64,000 nt of DNA from Cyanobacteria bacterium auto_48_18 (lineage in GTDB: Bacteria > Cyanobacteriota > Vampirovibrionia > Obscuribacterales > Obscuribacteraceae). The stretch lies in the NCBI GenBank assembly GCA_036170915.1, contig JAVHQC010000026.1, positions 64,001-128,000 of the forward strand. Direction: 5' to 3'. This document shows positions 20,128 through 30,250 of the stretch, piece after piece (the first letter of the stretch is position 1; each line of letters begins with the position of its first letter). The notes beneath the pieces are model-generated. The model was not told the origin of the DNA and made no database searches. It saw only the letters and a list, made by a program, of their open reading frames with translations. Both the position numbers and the translations under genes were made by a program.

Positions 20128-20739
20128 GTGGAAACTATGCATGATTTAGCCCCCAGAAAAGATGTTGATCAGAAACCCCTGCCGTCTCTGAACACTGGGC
20201 GTTGTATCATCCGCCTGGCGCAAGATGCCGACGTAGATGCGGTGCTTGCCTATCATGTTGAGAATCGCGCTCACCTGGCAGACGGCGGGCCTGCATGGCC
20301 ATCCGATTACCTGACTCAAGATTATTGGCTCAAACAAATCAAGCAAAACCTGGAAGATTTCCATGATGATAAAGCGGTGAGATTTTTCTTGTTTGATCGC
20401 GCCAACCCTGGTGTCGTAATTGGTGTCGCCAACCTCAATAATATTGTGCGCGGAGCTGCCCAATATAGCAATCTCGGCTATTCCATCGCCGCTGACCGTC
20501 AGGGTAAAAGCATAATGAAAGAGGCGCTGCAATCAGTGACCTCTTACGGTTTTGTCGCTCTGAACTTGCACCGCATCATGGCTAACTATCAACCTGGCAA
20601 TCAACGAAGCGGCTGGTTACTACGTAGTCTTGGTTTCACGGTAGAAGGCTACGCTCGTGATTATTTACTCATCAACGGTAAGTGGTGTGACCACATACTG
20701 ACATCTATGCTTAACCCCAACTGGGCAGTCAAAGAGTAA
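20128..20739 (+). CDS. rimJ: RimJ/RimL-family GNAT N-acetyltransferase
   Basis: NIVRGA, LGYSI, QGKSIMKEAL, LHRIMANYQPGNQRS, EGYARDYLLINGKWCDH. Confidence 0.85.
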   Translation: METMHDLAPRKDVDQKPLPSLNTGRCIIRLAQDADVDAVLAYHVENRAHLADGGPAWPSDYLTQDYWLKQIKQNLEDFHDDKAVRFFLFDRANPGVVIGVANLNNIVRGAAQYSNLGYSIAADRQGKSIMKEALQSVTSYGFVALNLHRIMANYQPGNQRSGWLLRSLGFTVEGYARDYLLINGKWCDHILTSMLNPNWAVKE

Positions 20740-20848
20740 TTTTTTGTCCTTGCTCTTGTGAACGGTTGTGACTGCTGGCGCCTTAGGTGGACCAAATCGA
20801 TTTTTATCCTGATAAGATTGATGGTGCCTGCCAGTTGACCTTATTGAG

Positions 20849-22045
20849 GTGTCTAAAGTGTCTGCCGTCATAGAAAAAGCAATTTCTGCCAATCATCCGC
20901 TGGCAGATGTGGCGCAAAAAGTTTATAGCGGTGAGCGTATCACTCGCGAAGATGCCATAAGGCTTTACCAGTCTGATGACCTGGCAGCGGTGGGTGCTCT
21001 CGGTGAATATGCGCGTCGACTCAAAGCTGAGCCTGGCCACGAAAACTACGTCTATTACATTCACAACATGCACCTTAATCCAACCAATTTTTGCGTTGAG
21101 ACTTGCCGCTTTTGTTCTTATGCCAATCCTGACGAGCGCGGCAAGGCGTATACCTGGGGAGTAGATAGGGTTTTAGAAGAGGCCGGCAAAGGTGCAGCGC
21201 TCGGTATCAATGAAATTCACATGGTCGGCGGGCTCAACCCGGCTTGCGATCTTGCTTATTATGAGGAAGTGCTGCAACAGATCAAAGCTCATTTCCCGCA
21301 TATTCATATGAAGGCCTTTACCGCTGTTGAAGTTGAATATTTGGCCAATCTTGACGGTATTACCTACGAAGAAGTTTTGCAGCGTTTGATTGCCAGTGGC
21401 CTTGGATCGATGCCTGGTGGTGGTGCCGAAATATTTGATGATGCGGTGCGGGAGCGTATGGCAGTTAAAAAAACACCAGCGCCGGTATATTTGGAAATTC
21501 ACGGTATTGCTCACAAACTTGGTATTAAAACCAATGCCACCATGCTCACCGGAATTTCAGAAACAATAGAAAACAAAGTCGATCACATGTTGCTCTTGCG
21601 TGGCCAGCAAGATATTAGCGGCGGCTTCCAGTGTTTCATTCCATTGAAGTGCTATTACGACGGCACTAATATTCAAAGTGAAGTGACCGAGCCAACAGCG
21701 TCTGACCTTCTGAAAGATGTAGCGATTTCGAGAATTCTACTCGATAATTTTCCGCACATTAAGGCTTACTGGATTCAACTGGGTGTGCAGCTGGCTCAAT
21801 TGGCTCTTTCATTTGGTGCTGATGATCTTGATGGCACAATTTTGGAAGAAAAAATCACTCATGCGGCTGGTGCTAAAACACCATTGCAGCTAGCTGAAGA
21901 GAAGATGGAGCAATTAATTGCATCGTCAGGGTACAAGCCGGTTGTGCGCGATACCATTTACAATATTCGTCAGGTTTCAAATCTTGAACCTGCGGTTTTA
22001 ACCGAAAGTTTTAGCGAAAGATTGAACGCTCTTACCCAAAGCTGA
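20849..22045 (+). CDS. mqnE: aminofutalosine synthase (radical SAM, CofH/MqnE family)
   Basis: NPTNFCVETCRFC, KAFTAVE, MPGGGAEIF, TNATML, HIKAYW, FGADDLDGT..EEKI.H.AG. Confidence 0.85.
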   Translation: MSKVSAVIEKAISANHPLADVAQKVYSGERITREDAIRLYQSDDLAAVGALGEYARRLKAEPGHENYVYYIHNMHLNPTNFCVETCRFCSYANPDERGKAYTWGVDRVLEEAGKGAALGINEIHMVGGLNPACDLAYYEEVLQQIKAHFPHIHMKAFTAVEVEYLANLDGITYEEVLQRLIASGLGSMPGGGAEIFDDAVRERMAVKKTPAPVYLEIHGIAHKLGIKTNATMLTGISETIENKVDHMLLLRGQQDISGGFQCFIPLKCYYDGTNIQSEVTEPTASDLLKDVAISRILLDNFPHIKAYWIQLGVQLAQLALSFGADDLDGTILEEKITHAAGAKTPLQLAEEKMEQLIASSGYKPVVRDTIYNIRQVSNLEPAVLTESFSERLNALTQS

Positions 22046-22046
22046 G

Positions 22047-23816
22047 TTAGAGAACGATTTGACCGATGCTTCCATTGCGGTCAATTAAAAGCTGAATTGA
22101 TTGGCCGGGTCGCTTGCTGCCCATTAGCTGTTGGAAGTGTTTGTCGTTTTGAATTACTACTCCGTCGACAGCTCTGATAGTGTCGCCTCGTTGCAGGCCG
22201 CATTTTGCCGCTCTGGAAGCGATACCAATGGTGGTGACTAGAACACCTTCTTTACTCTTTTTCGCGAGGATGCCGAAGCTTGATGAAGCCGGTGGTGCAT
22301 TTTTATCACCGCCTAAAAGGCCATTGCTGTTGGCATTGTTATTGACGAACACAGCATTGCCGTTGCCGCTGTTGTTGTTGTTGTTGTTGTCTTCGGACTT
22401 ACTGCGCTTTTTCTGTTTTTTCTGATTGGGTTGGTCTGAATTCTGTTGTTGTTGATTTGGCTGTTGATATTGCTGATTAGGCTGTTGATACTGCTGATTT
22501 TGAAATTGCTGATTTGGCTGTTGATATTGCTGATTAGCGTATTGCTGATTTGGCTGTTGATACTGTTGATTTTGATATTGCTGATTAGGCTGTTGATACT
22601 GCTGATTTGAGTTTTGTTGATAAGCCTGCTGATTATTAGACTTTTGGTTGCTATTGCGCTGGTTGCGCCCAGATTGCTGATTATTTTGTTGGCCAGATTG
22701 CTGATTATCTTGATCTTGCCAGGCACGCTCGGCGTTGGTACGTTCGATTTCTTCTGCTTGTAAATTTCCTTCCAGTTGCGCCACGGCCTTTTGATAACTA
22801 GGCTCGTCAGGGTTGAGCTTTTTTGCCTGACGGAAAAAGTCTAGAGCCTGCACCGGATTTTTCATGGCCAGATAGATTGTGGCAATGTTGAATTTGATTC
22901 GCGCTTGATTAGGGGTCTTTCGATCAAGTTGCTTATACAGATCTAGAGCCGAGATAAATTCGCCTCTGCTATAAGCACCAGATGCCTCTTCGGCCAGCTG
23001 ACGCAACTCCTTCTTTTTACCGTCATCCTGTCCCTGGCTCAGCGCTTTCTTTTCCACTAAGCGGACGGCTTCTCGATATTCAGGCTTAGTGGGAATAATT
23101 TCGAGCGCTTTTTTATAACTTGATAAAGCATCGCCAAATTTGGCCATTCCTTCGTAAGCAACACCGAGGCTGAAATGCGCTTCAGCGCTATCTGGAGACA
23201 ACCGTACCGCCTGTTCAAATTTTTCAATTGCTTCTGGCTTTCGGCCCTCTTTCCACAATCGAATGGCATCGGCCGACATTTGGTTTACTTCTTCATCGCG
23301 CGCTGCCATAGCGCGTCGTCTCGCCCTGTCTGCCTCGTCTTCGCGCTTGAATTGTTCGTCCTGTTGAATCTGCTCAGGGGTGCGAGCGGCAGGTGTGTTA
23401 ACCGTGGCACTGCCTTTGTTGTTGCCATTATTACTATTGGTCCCTGCGGCCGGTCTTTCCACAGGCTTGGCTACTTGCAAAATATGAGCCATGCGCTCAC
23501 TCAACGAACCTTCGGCAGCTTCACCAAAAACTCGTTTTTCAATTCGGGCCAGTCTCGTTTCTACGCTGTCGTCATCGTAGTTTTTGAAAAAGAAGTTTTG
23601 CTCCAGCAATTTCAATTTGCCGGTTTCATCTTGATTAAGCGAGCCCTGAGCAAGAGCACTGTGTAGACAGCTGTTAGCGCTCAGCCAAAGACTGAAAGAG
23701 AGTGTGACCAGAACCGCCACGCCCCCTCGAAAAGATTTTAGATATTTCTGCGTTTTTTGCACCATAGGGAATCGAATTTTTTTTCCTGGAATCGCTCTTG
23801 TTAATGCTAGCATCAT
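22047..23816 (-). CDS. exported TPR + Q/N-rich linker + PDZ domain protein
   Basis: TPR motifs (AEAHFSLGVAY, FNIATIY); C-terminal PDZ (GLQRGDTIRAVDG); start codon uncertain. Confidence 0.8.
   Translation of the reverse strand: MMLALTRAIPGKKIRFPMVQKTQKYLKSFRGGVAVLVTLSFSLWLSANSCLHSALAQGSLNQDETGKLKLLEQNFFFKNYDDDSVETRLARIEKRVFGEAAEGSLSERMAHILQVAKPVERPAAGTNSNNGNNKGSATVNTPAARTPEQIQQDEQFKREDEADRARRRAMAARDEEVNQMSADAIRLWKEGRKPEAIEKFEQAVRLSPDSAEAHFSLGVAYEGMAKFGDALSSYKKALEIIPTKPEYREAVRLVEKKALSQGQDDGKKKELRQLAEEASGAYSRGEFISALDLYKQLDRKTPNQARIKFNIATIYLAMKNPVQALDFFRQAKKLNPDEPSYQKAVAQLEGNLQAEEIERTNAERAWQDQDNQQSGQQNNQQSGRNQRNSNQKSNNQQAYQQNSNQQYQQPNQQYQNQQYQQPNQQYANQQYQQPNQQFQNQQYQQPNQQYQQPNQQQQNSDQPNQKKQKKRSKSEDNNNNNNSGNGNAVFVNNNANSNGLLGGDKNAPPASSSFGILAKKSKEGVLVTTIGIASRAAKCGLQRGDTIRAVDGVVIQNDKHFQQLMGSKRPGQSIQLLIDRNGSIGQIVL
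22441..22605 (-). repeat. coding tandem repeat QQYQQPN / QQY(Q/A)N
   Basis: Alternating 21-bp and 15-bp units; boundaries approximate. Confidence 0.8.
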
Positions 23817-23895
23817 GTTTGGTATTGGGCTGCCTGATACGTTTTAAGTACGCTAGGCACTCGTCGCGGTTGCACCGAGAGGTCGTATATCTGAT

Positions 23896-25053
23896 ATGCA
23901 TCTTAACGAAGATCCCCTGAAAAAGTGGGGCGATGACGAGTTAAAGTACTGGATTGCTATAGACCTGTGCACCGGTTGCGGCTTCAGGGCAGCACGTTTG
24001 TTGCAGGTCTATGAACGCTTTGAGACCATGAAAACTTTCTGGCACGCCAGTGCCTCTGAGCTCAAAGAGATGGGCGGCTACCCTTATGTGCTCGGATGGA
24101 TTGACGACACTTTAATTGAAAAATTTATTGCCAAGCGCGCCCAGATTGATCCTGATTCGCTCATGGCACAACTTGAGGCGGCTAGGGTAAGAGCCTATCC
24201 TCTGGCGCATCCACTTTATCCATTCAATCTGCGCAATATTCATGATCCTGCCCTGGTGCTGTATGCCAAGGGGCATTTGACCATGGATGAAGTGGTTCAT
24301 GGAGTTGGAGTGGTAGGTACGCGCACACCTTCCAGCTATGGACAAAAGTTGGCTAAAGAATTTGGGCGTGAACTTGGACAGGCCGGTGTAACCGTAGTTA
24401 GTGGAATGGCTGTGGGTGTCGATTCGTTTGCCCATTACGGTGCCATCGAAGCTGGTGGCAGAACTGTTGCGGTAGTTGCCTGCGGGCCTGACGTCTGCTA
24501 TCCCAGTTCGAACAAACCCTTGTATGCAAAGCTCACCGAAGATTCCAAAGGTTTGGTTCTTTCAGAATATTTCCCTGGTATCAAACCTGAGAAGTGGCGT
24601 TTTCCAGCGCGTAACCGCATTATTTCTGGTATCAGTCAGGGCTTGCTTGTAATTGAGGCCGGAAAAGCGTCTGGGTCTTTAATTACCGCCAGGCAAGCAT
24701 TTGAGCAGAACCGACAGGTCTTTGCCATTCCCGGCCGCATAGATCAACCAATGTCAGAAGGCACCAACAGGCTCATAGCAGACAATCTGGCACAGATGGT
24801 AGTGAATCTCGATGAGATTATGAATGCAATGAACTGGGTAACCAGCTCAAGGCCTCGTAGCGAGCCTGTGGTGCTTGAATTATTCGGCAGTGAAAAGGAA
24901 GTGCATGAGCTTTTGTCTAATGAGCCAGTGCATTTTGATCAATTAACCGAAAAGACAGGCCTCAATGCGGGCCCACTTTCCAGTACTCTGACAATGTTGG
25001 AATTGGCCGGCATTGCCGAAAGGTTGCCGGGTGATTGGTATGTGCGCAAATAA
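23896..25053 (+). CDS. dprA: DNA-processing protein DprA
   Basis: VVGTR, VVSGMAVGVD, FPARNRIISG, EAGKASGSLITA, VFAIPG; C-terminal winged helix LTMLELAG. Confidence 0.96.
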   Translation: MHLNEDPLKKWGDDELKYWIAIDLCTGCGFRAARLLQVYERFETMKTFWHASASELKEMGGYPYVLGWIDDTLIEKFIAKRAQIDPDSLMAQLEAARVRAYPLAHPLYPFNLRNIHDPALVLYAKGHLTMDEVVHGVGVVGTRTPSSYGQKLAKEFGRELGQAGVTVVSGMAVGVDSFAHYGAIEAGGRTVAVVACGPDVCYPSSNKPLYAKLTEDSKGLVLSEYFPGIKPEKWRFPARNRIISGISQGLLVIEAGKASGSLITARQAFEQNRQVFAIPGRIDQPMSEGTNRLIADNLAQMVVNLDEIMNAMNWVTSSRPRSEPVVLELFGSEKEVHELLSNEPVHFDQLTEKTGLNAGPLSSTLTMLELAGIAERLPGDWYVRK

Positions 25054-25203
25054 GCCATTGAAGATTTAACCTTAGGTTCCGGCTGATAATCTGGTGTGCT
25101 GGTGTACGTGCTCACACCCTGGGTAAGTAGTAAAAGGCTGATACTCTGGCAGTATTACCGTTATGATCTTTTTTTGGAGTCACGAATTGCCTGGCATTAC
25201 TAA

Positions 25204-26241
25204 ATGAAGCTTTGTTTGCGGTGCAATAACTATTATGGCGACGAAGTTTCTACTTGTCCGCGAGATAAACTCGCCCTCGAACCTGTGGGAAAAGACCCAT
25301 TAATTGGCGCTCTCATTAACAATAAGTATGCCGTTGAGACAGTTGTGGGCAAAGGGTCTAGCGGTATTGTTTACCGGGCGACCAGGCTGCTCATGGGTGG
25401 TGCGGTGGCGGTAAAAGTTGTGCACAGCTATCTTGGCGCCGATCCCAAGAGCATGGAAAAATTCTCCCGTGAAGTGCGAGCTCTAGAGCAGCTCCGTCAT
25501 CCCAATATTGTTAATCTGTGGGAATCTGGTGTCACCGATGACGGCCAACCCTACCTGGTGATGGACTATTTGCAAGGTACACCGCTTTCGTCATTAATTG
25601 CGGCGGAAGGTATTTTATCGGGCTCGCGAGTGTTGGAAATCACTCGGCAAGTATGCGCTGGCTTGCAAGAAGCGCACAGTCAGGGCTTTGTTCATCGTGA
25701 TATTAAGCCTGAGAATATAGTTCTTGATTCCACCAGTGAGCAAGATTTTGTCAAGGTATGCGACTTTGGTATTGCCTATACTGTCTTTGAAAACGGCCTG
25801 AATACCATCAGCAGACCTACTACTGTGGCGGGTTCGCCAGCCTACATGAGCCCCGAGCAATGTCGTGGCCTTCCCCTCGACCACAGAACCGATATCTATT
25901 CGCTGGCTCTGGTAGTCTTTGAGATGCTTACAGGCAAGAGACCTTTTGAAGCCAAGACCTCAAAGGAGTTTATGGTTAAGACTGTAAACGACAAAATGCC
26001 TCTAATGTCTACTTTGCGTCCAGATTTAGGCATTCCTGAACCAGTAGACTTGGTGGTGGCGAAGGCATTGCAGAAGAATCCAAAAGACAGACACGCTTCA
26101 GCTGTGGATTTCGCTAAAGAATTGGCCCTGGCTTGCCAGGCTGCCGACTTCTCTTCCGTTAAGGGAAGTAATCAAAAAGATGACGGCAGGTTGCAAAACC
26201 CAAGCCAGCGGGTAAATGAGCGTACGAGGGGTCCCCAGTAG
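25204..26241 (+). CDS. Ser/Thr protein kinase with N-terminal Cys knuckle, no TM segment
   Basis: CLRC..CPRD; GKGSSG, AVK, HRDIKPEN, DFG, GSPAYMSPEQ. Confidence 0.95.
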   Translation: MKLCLRCNNYYGDEVSTCPRDKLALEPVGKDPLIGALINNKYAVETVVGKGSSGIVYRATRLLMGGAVAVKVVHSYLGADPKSMEKFSREVRALEQLRHPNIVNLWESGVTDDGQPYLVMDYLQGTPLSSLIAAEGILSGSRVLEITRQVCAGLQEAHSQGFVHRDIKPENIVLDSTSEQDFVKVCDFGIAYTVFENGLNTISRPTTVAGSPAYMSPEQCRGLPLDHRTDIYSLALVVFEMLTGKRPFEAKTSKEFMVKTVNDKMPLMSTLRPDLGIPEPVDLVVAKALQKNPKDRHASAVDFAKELALACQAADFSSVKGSNQKDDGRLQNPSQRVNERTRGPQ

Positions 26242-26322
26242 TCAAAGGTCTTACATTTGAGCTTTGATTTAGTAACCTATCTGTGAGCACTGGAAGACCA
26301 GGGTCGTGAGAGGAAGAAGAGT

Positions 26323-29300
26323 TTGAAGGACGAGCTGCCAGATTTAACACCTTACTTGAGTAAGAAAGGTGGCAATAGCCAGAGCAAAGGGTCTGATAAT
26401 CCTCCTGGTAAGGCTGATATTTCCTCAAAACTTTCTGCTCTTGTGAAGAAAACGGGGTCGTTTAATGCCGTCAGTGACGAGGCTAATGCCGATGCTGAAG
26501 CAAATCTTGTTGCCAGCGACGATAGTTTAGAAGCGCCCATCAGTCACGAACAAAGTTACCAGTCGGGAGCCGCTACCGGCACTGCGCCAGGGTCTTCGCC
26601 TGCGGCTGCTTCATCTGCCTGGGCCAATATCGGTGCTGAAGCTCAAGCCGCGTCCGCACCTGCAGCTGCTGATAATAAAAAAGAAGCCTGGATGGTGCAG
26701 AATCCAGAAACTATAGACAATAGACAAGACACATCTCCGGAGCCGTCAGCGCCATATGAACAAGCTGCGCAGCCTGCAAGTGGCAGCAGCTCGTCAAGTT
26801 GGGAGCAGATTGATTCGTTTTCTGCTTCAGCACGCACCGATATAGACAAGGAAGACGAATTTAACTCGCCACCACAGGCGGTGAATGAGTCGGCCGGAAC
26901 TTCTTCTTCCGGCGCATCAGGCTTTGGTGCCTCCGGCACATTTTCTACTCGTCCAGGGGCTCGACCTGGTGCTGGTCTAGATAAATTCAAGGCTCCGCAA
27001 GCGCGGCCAATGAATACACTTTCATCAGGTGCCAGCCCAGTGCTCAAGACACCACCGAAAGAACCAGGGCGTGCGCCAGCACCATATGGCTTTGCTGCCA
27101 ATGAAGCGCCGAAATCAGCACCGGCAAAACCAACTACTGCTGGTCAACCTGCTTCAGTCAATGCCAGTTCTTCAGGCAGCAATATCATTGCCCAGCCAGC
27201 AAAGGCTCGCACTGGCGAACAGACGAAAGATGTTCGCAAGGAAGATGTTCGCAAGGAAGAAGCTCGTCGAGCTGATCCGCCACCGTCGTGGCCTGCCCAA
27301 CCCACCTCACCTCCACGCGTGACAGAAAAAGTCGAACCTCAACCTGCTCCAGTTAAGGCCGGACCTCCCACAACTACACCTTTTTCACAGCCCTCTCAAA
27401 CTCCACCACCGTCGGCACCTCCTGCTGCACCGGTAGAAAGTGAAGCGCAAATTCTTGCCCGAGCCTTTATGGAAGAAGCCAAAGCACTTGAAGCTGAGCG
27501 GCCTGAGACGAGGTTTGAAGACCACCAGTCGGCTCCTGCCGAAGCAGTTTCGAGCACCAATCTTGGTGCACTGTTTGCCGCTGAAAAATTGTCAGAGTCT
27601 GAGGCGGCTGGCGAAAGTAGTTCTGCCCCAGAGATATCTCCTTCTCCATCTCCATATATGATGGATGATGAGGCGCCGAAACGGTCGCTTGGATTTGGTA
27701 ATCTGCTGGCAACTGCTGCCGCTGATCCATCTCAATCGTCTAAGCACAGCACGCTGGCAGATTTGATGGTGCCCACTGGTGAGCACCAAACATTGTTTGC
27801 CCCTGATCGCCGAACTGAGCAAGGTGAAGATCAGCTCTCACCATTCGACGAAGTTCCAGCTCAACCAAGCGATGAACCGATAAGACTTGATAATTCAGTG
27901 GCGGCAAGTGCTCCAGCGTTTTCTGCGCTTTTCAGCACCGAAATTGTCACCTCTGGGGACGACTTTAGTAAAGGATTTCCGCCGCAAGACAATGATGATT
28001 TTAATAGCGGTGGCGATTTAGGCACCGATCAGTTCTCCTTTGGTGCTGAGCCGGTATCTGCAGAAACCCCTATGGCGTCAAGATCAGATGTAATCAGCAA
28101 GTTGATGGAAGCCGTCAACCAACCGGCACCAGCGGCTCAGTCGGTAGATAATGCGCACGGTGACAGCGATATGCCTGATGATTTTTCGGGTAATTTTGCT
28201 AACAATTTCACCGGAACCGGAAATGATGCACCAAATAATGATTTTACTACTGATAATTTCCCTGAAAGTAATTTAGACGACATGCGCACGGCCGACACCA
28301 TGTTTGGCAGCGGCGGGTCAAACAAAGGTAGTCACGAAGAACTTGCTGCCGCTGACGCCGTATTTGGTGCCGTGGCCGACCTCGGAGCCCCTGCTGAATC
28401 TGAATTTAGCGCTGCGTCGACTGATTTCAACTCAGAGCCTAAATTTGAAACTAGCTCTCAAGCCAAACCTGAGGCACCAGTACCGGTGCTCGACATTGAC
28501 GCCTTGCCAATGGCGTTTGGTGATTCCACCAATTTTGAACAAATTCGTTTGGAAGACATCAAAGCTTACAAGAAGGCGGCAAAACTCAAAGCAGCTGAAG
28601 AAGCTAGAGCCGCCGAAGCGGCGAAGAATGCCAGTGCGGGCCAGGCCGCCCAAACAGATAATGCTGCAGAGGCTGCGCCTAAACTATCTTTGACCGAGAT
28701 GATTGATCAGGCCAACGCCGCCAAGCTTGAGCAAGTTAACGATAAAGCACCCGAAGGTAGAAAACCAGCTGGTGCCCAATCGTCGCTATCTTCATTGCTT
28801 GCGGGTGGTGATGATTTAGACGAAGTTGCTGCACCTGCTGCAAACACTGCACCTGATGAAGACGAAGAAGATAGTCTCGGTGGGGCGATTTCTGACGCGC
28901 TAGATAAACTCTTGAACGACGCACAACCAGAGGGCGATACTAAATCTAGTGTGGTCTCAGGCGGCCTTTCAAAACTTCTCTCCAACAGCTCCGACCAATC
29001 ACAGAGAGACTTGGTAGCACCAGCAGCTGCGTCCGCGGCTACGTCGATGGACAGAGTGCCTGCTGCGGCCGATGAACCGATGACTAATACACAAGCAAAT
29101 AAAGTTGACGCTCTTTCGCGTCTATTGGAAGTAGCAAGTAAAGCACCACACAAATCTGCTGAAGATAAACGTCGCCCCAGCGATTCTGCTTCTAAGCTTG
29201 CCGCTGAAATCAACAAACCACCAGGCAAAATCAGCAGGCAAGTAGATGTTCTCAGTGCGCCTGATTATCTTAATCAAGGTAAGAACGCAGAGCCTGTGCC

Positions 29301-30249
29301 ACCATCATTCGGTGGTGGTCCATCGCCTTTTACATCACCATTTACCTCGCCTTCGGCCACACACAACAGACAAGCAAGCCAGGGGGCTGACCCGTTGCCT
29401 ACTAATCCTTATGCGTCACCTTCCGAAATGCCGCAAGCGACTATTTCAAATGATGCGGTCAGTGCAAGAATTGCTGCTCTCAATCGCAAACTGGAAGAAG
29501 GCAGTCGCTCACCCACAGCTTCGGCCATGAATATTGAAGCCATGAATCAAGCGCAATCTCAATCTCAAATGGGTACGGCCACAGGAACAGGTAGCTCACC
29601 TTCTGTGAATAGTTTGAGTCAACTGCCATCACAAGTTGATGACTCACCTTCTACTCGAGCTGAGCTTGTTAATCGCATTTTGGGCTCGGCAAAAATATCA
29701 CAACATGGTACCAAGATACCTGATACTGCCAGTAGAACCGTGGCAGATGCAGTGGTTAGTGCTGATCAAGTCAATGCTATTCGTTCTGCCAAAGGTGCCA
29801 AGCCTGGTCGTGAAAATGCTCCTAATCGGCCAAGGGCGCGAGTCTCACGCATGCCCGGTTTTGATCCTAGACCACTAATTGCCATCGCTATTGTCCTCTG
29901 TGTGCTAGGTGGTGGTGGCTATTACGCTATTCAAAATAACATCATCAAACTGAACTTCCCTGCGATAAAACCCAGTGTTGAAGCCAAACTCACGGTTGAT
30001 CAAATGATCAAGTCTGGTGATCTGGATCGAGCGCGCGAAGTTTTAGAAGCTAAAGTCAAAAGCGGAAAAATCACCAACTCGGAAGCTGAAAAGCTCTACA
30101 ACGTCTACTATCAGCAGGCCGACAAAATTGGCGGTGATGATGCCAGTGAAGCACTTAAGTTATTAGACAAAATCCCCAGCCGATCTAAGAAGTACAAAGA
30201 TGCTCAAAAGCTTGTGCGTAAGCTTAAGAAGAAGGTGAAGAAGAACTGA
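26323..30249 (+). CDS. 1308-aa disordered A/S/P/D/E-rich protein with C-terminal TM and TPR-like domain
   Basis: Long uninterrupted ORF of low complexity; hydrophobic LIAIAIVLCVLGGGGYY near the C-terminus. Confidence 0.8.
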   Translation: MKDELPDLTPYLSKKGGNSQSKGSDNPPGKADISSKLSALVKKTGSFNAVSDEANADAEANLVASDDSLEAPISHEQSYQSGAATGTAPGSSPAAASSAWANIGAEAQAASAPAAADNKKEAWMVQNPETIDNRQDTSPEPSAPYEQAAQPASGSSSSSWEQIDSFSASARTDIDKEDEFNSPPQAVNESAGTSSSGASGFGASGTFSTRPGARPGAGLDKFKAPQARPMNTLSSGASPVLKTPPKEPGRAPAPYGFAANEAPKSAPAKPTTAGQPASVNASSSGSNIIAQPAKARTGEQTKDVRKEDVRKEEARRADPPPSWPAQPTSPPRVTEKVEPQPAPVKAGPPTTTPFSQPSQTPPPSAPPAAPVESEAQILARAFMEEAKALEAERPETRFEDHQSAPAEAVSSTNLGALFAAEKLSESEAAGESSSAPEISPSPSPYMMDDEAPKRSLGFGNLLATAAADPSQSSKHSTLADLMVPTGEHQTLFAPDRRTEQGEDQLSPFDEVPAQPSDEPIRLDNSVAASAPAFSALFSTEIVTSGDDFSKGFPPQDNDDFNSGGDLGTDQFSFGAEPVSAETPMASRSDVISKLMEAVNQPAPAAQSVDNAHGDSDMPDDFSGNFANNFTGTGNDAPNNDFTTDNFPESNLDDMRTADTMFGSGGSNKGSHEELAAADAVFGAVADLGAPAESEFSAASTDFNSEPKFETSSQAKPEAPVPVLDIDALPMAFGDSTNFEQIRLEDIKAYKKAAKLKAAEEARAAEAAKNASAGQAAQTDNAAEAAPKLSLTEMIDQANAAKLEQVNDKAPEGRKPAGAQSSLSSLLAGGDDLDEVAAPAANTAPDEDEEDSLGGAISDALDKLLNDAQPEGDTKSSVVSGGLSKLLSNSSDQSQRDLVAPAAASAATSMDRVPAAADEPMTNTQANKVDALSRLLEVASKAPHKSAEDKRRPSDSASKLAAEINKPPGKISRQVDVLSAPDYLNQGKNAEPVPPSFGGGPSPFTSPFTSPSATHNRQASQGADPLPTNPYASPSEMPQATISNDAVSARIAALNRKLEEGSRSPTASAMNIEAMNQAQSQSQMGTATGTGSSPSVNSLSQLPSQVDDSPSTRAELVNRILGSAKISQHGTKIPDTASRTVADAVVSADQVNAIRSAKGAKPGRENAPNRPRARVSRMPGFDPRPLIAIAIVLCVLGGGGYYAIQNNIIKLNFPAIKPSVEAKLTVDQMIKSGDLDRAREVLEAKVKSGKITNSEAEKLYNVYYQQADKIGGDDASEALKLLDKIPSRSKKYKDAQKLVRKLKKKVKKN

Positions 30250-30250
30250 G

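Noticed and set aside
16634..25053. nurA, ATL, dprA and kinases as a defence island
   Set aside because: They are interspersed with housekeeping genes, with no mobility or recognisable defence genes
26239..26322. Stop-codon readthrough fusing kinase 1 to the 1308-aa ORF
   Set aside because: Two different in-frame stops (TAG and TGA) intervene, and the downstream ORF has its own purine-rich RBS
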